Positions 63,275 to 64,000 of a stretch of 64,000 nucleotides of DNA are shown one piece after another. The number at the start of each line of letters is the position of its first letter. The stretch's first letter is position 1. The notes beneath the pieces are model-generated. The model did no database searches. It was not told the DNA's origin and worked only from the letters and a program-made list of their open reading frames with translations. The stretch is from the NCBI GenBank assembly GCA_021432655.1, contig MU271395.1:1-64000 (forward strand). The letters run 5' to 3'. Made by a program: the position numbers and the translations under genes. The DNA is from Atractiella rhizophila (taxonomy: Eukaryota).

Positions 63275-64000
63275 AGCGCCAACCACGACGGTCGTGATGG
63301 GTAGACTAAGTGAACGCTTGGAGGTATAAATATTTAGAGACTATGCGAGTACCGATACAGACACATAAGCTTTATCCTCTTCTATATCAGTGTTCATTCG
63401 AGCTGGAGGAAACATTGGACGTACCACTTCAATCACTTCACTGAGAGGTAGCAATGGGCTCTTCTAAAGGAAATAATCCAGCGGCACCGCTTTCGCCGGT
63501 ATTTTTCTTGCATCCTAGGACCCCCAAAATATCGTCAGTGAGTCGAATGAGAGGAGATTTGGGGAATGAAGAAGTGGAAACGAACGAGAGGAGCTGCATC
63601 AAAGGTCTTGAAGGTTTTTTCGAGGGAATCATCAAACGAGAGAATGGAGGCGACATTCCCACACCTTGCTATCCTTTGTCAGTCATTCATTATTCTGAAG
63701 ATGAAACAGCCTACCGATAGCAATAGTTAGGCGCCGACCATACTGTTACAAGGCGACGGTCAAACTGCATCTTATAGCCTTCCATCACCTGTAATCGTCG
63801 TCAGGATATGAAAGCATCTGAAGAAAGAGAAGTGGGAAGAGGAGAGAGCGGCTGACAAGCTGGTGCGCTCGAGCAATTAGTTCTAGATTGTTGTCATGCA
63901 CGAACTTGTGGCACACATCCGCTCCAAACACATATCCCGCTCCACGCGGAGAGATGCTCCATCCTTTGATATCTGCTCCAGCACGAGTATCACCATCGGA

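Overview
Intron-rich fungal genomic DNA with roughly 50-60 nt GT-AG introns. The protein styles suggest a basidiomycete, but that is inference. There is one scaffold gap at 52675-52699. Recognisable genes: phospholipase D (runs off the left edge), an Rxt2-like protein, a Rad5/Uls1-type SNF2 ATPase, a secreted pepsin-family protease with a 1-nt frameshift, a DUF1996-WSC secreted protein with a partial tandem duplicate, an acidic protein with a divergent cyclin-like C-terminus, ferrochelatase, Cwc25, a NuSAP-like SAP-domain protein, a secreted helical-repeat protein, Utp17/WDR75, a Ypt35-like PX protein, an alpha/beta hydrolase, an LRR-DH-PH RhoGEF and a Ctr copper importer with CuRE-like upstream motifs. 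Notable signals: (1) a ~2.5 kb tract (52700-55190) with an ascomycete-style RIP-like CpA/TpG->TpA signature, next to broken DUF4246 genes, in a block that separates two near-identical copies of the RhoGEF 5' region; (2) a 3-nt microexon supplying an Asp of SNF2 motif I, plus other microexons; (3) a fungal protein with NuSAP-like motifs. No rRNA, tRNA, CRISPR array or intact transposase was recognised. Exon boundaries and counts were read by eye.
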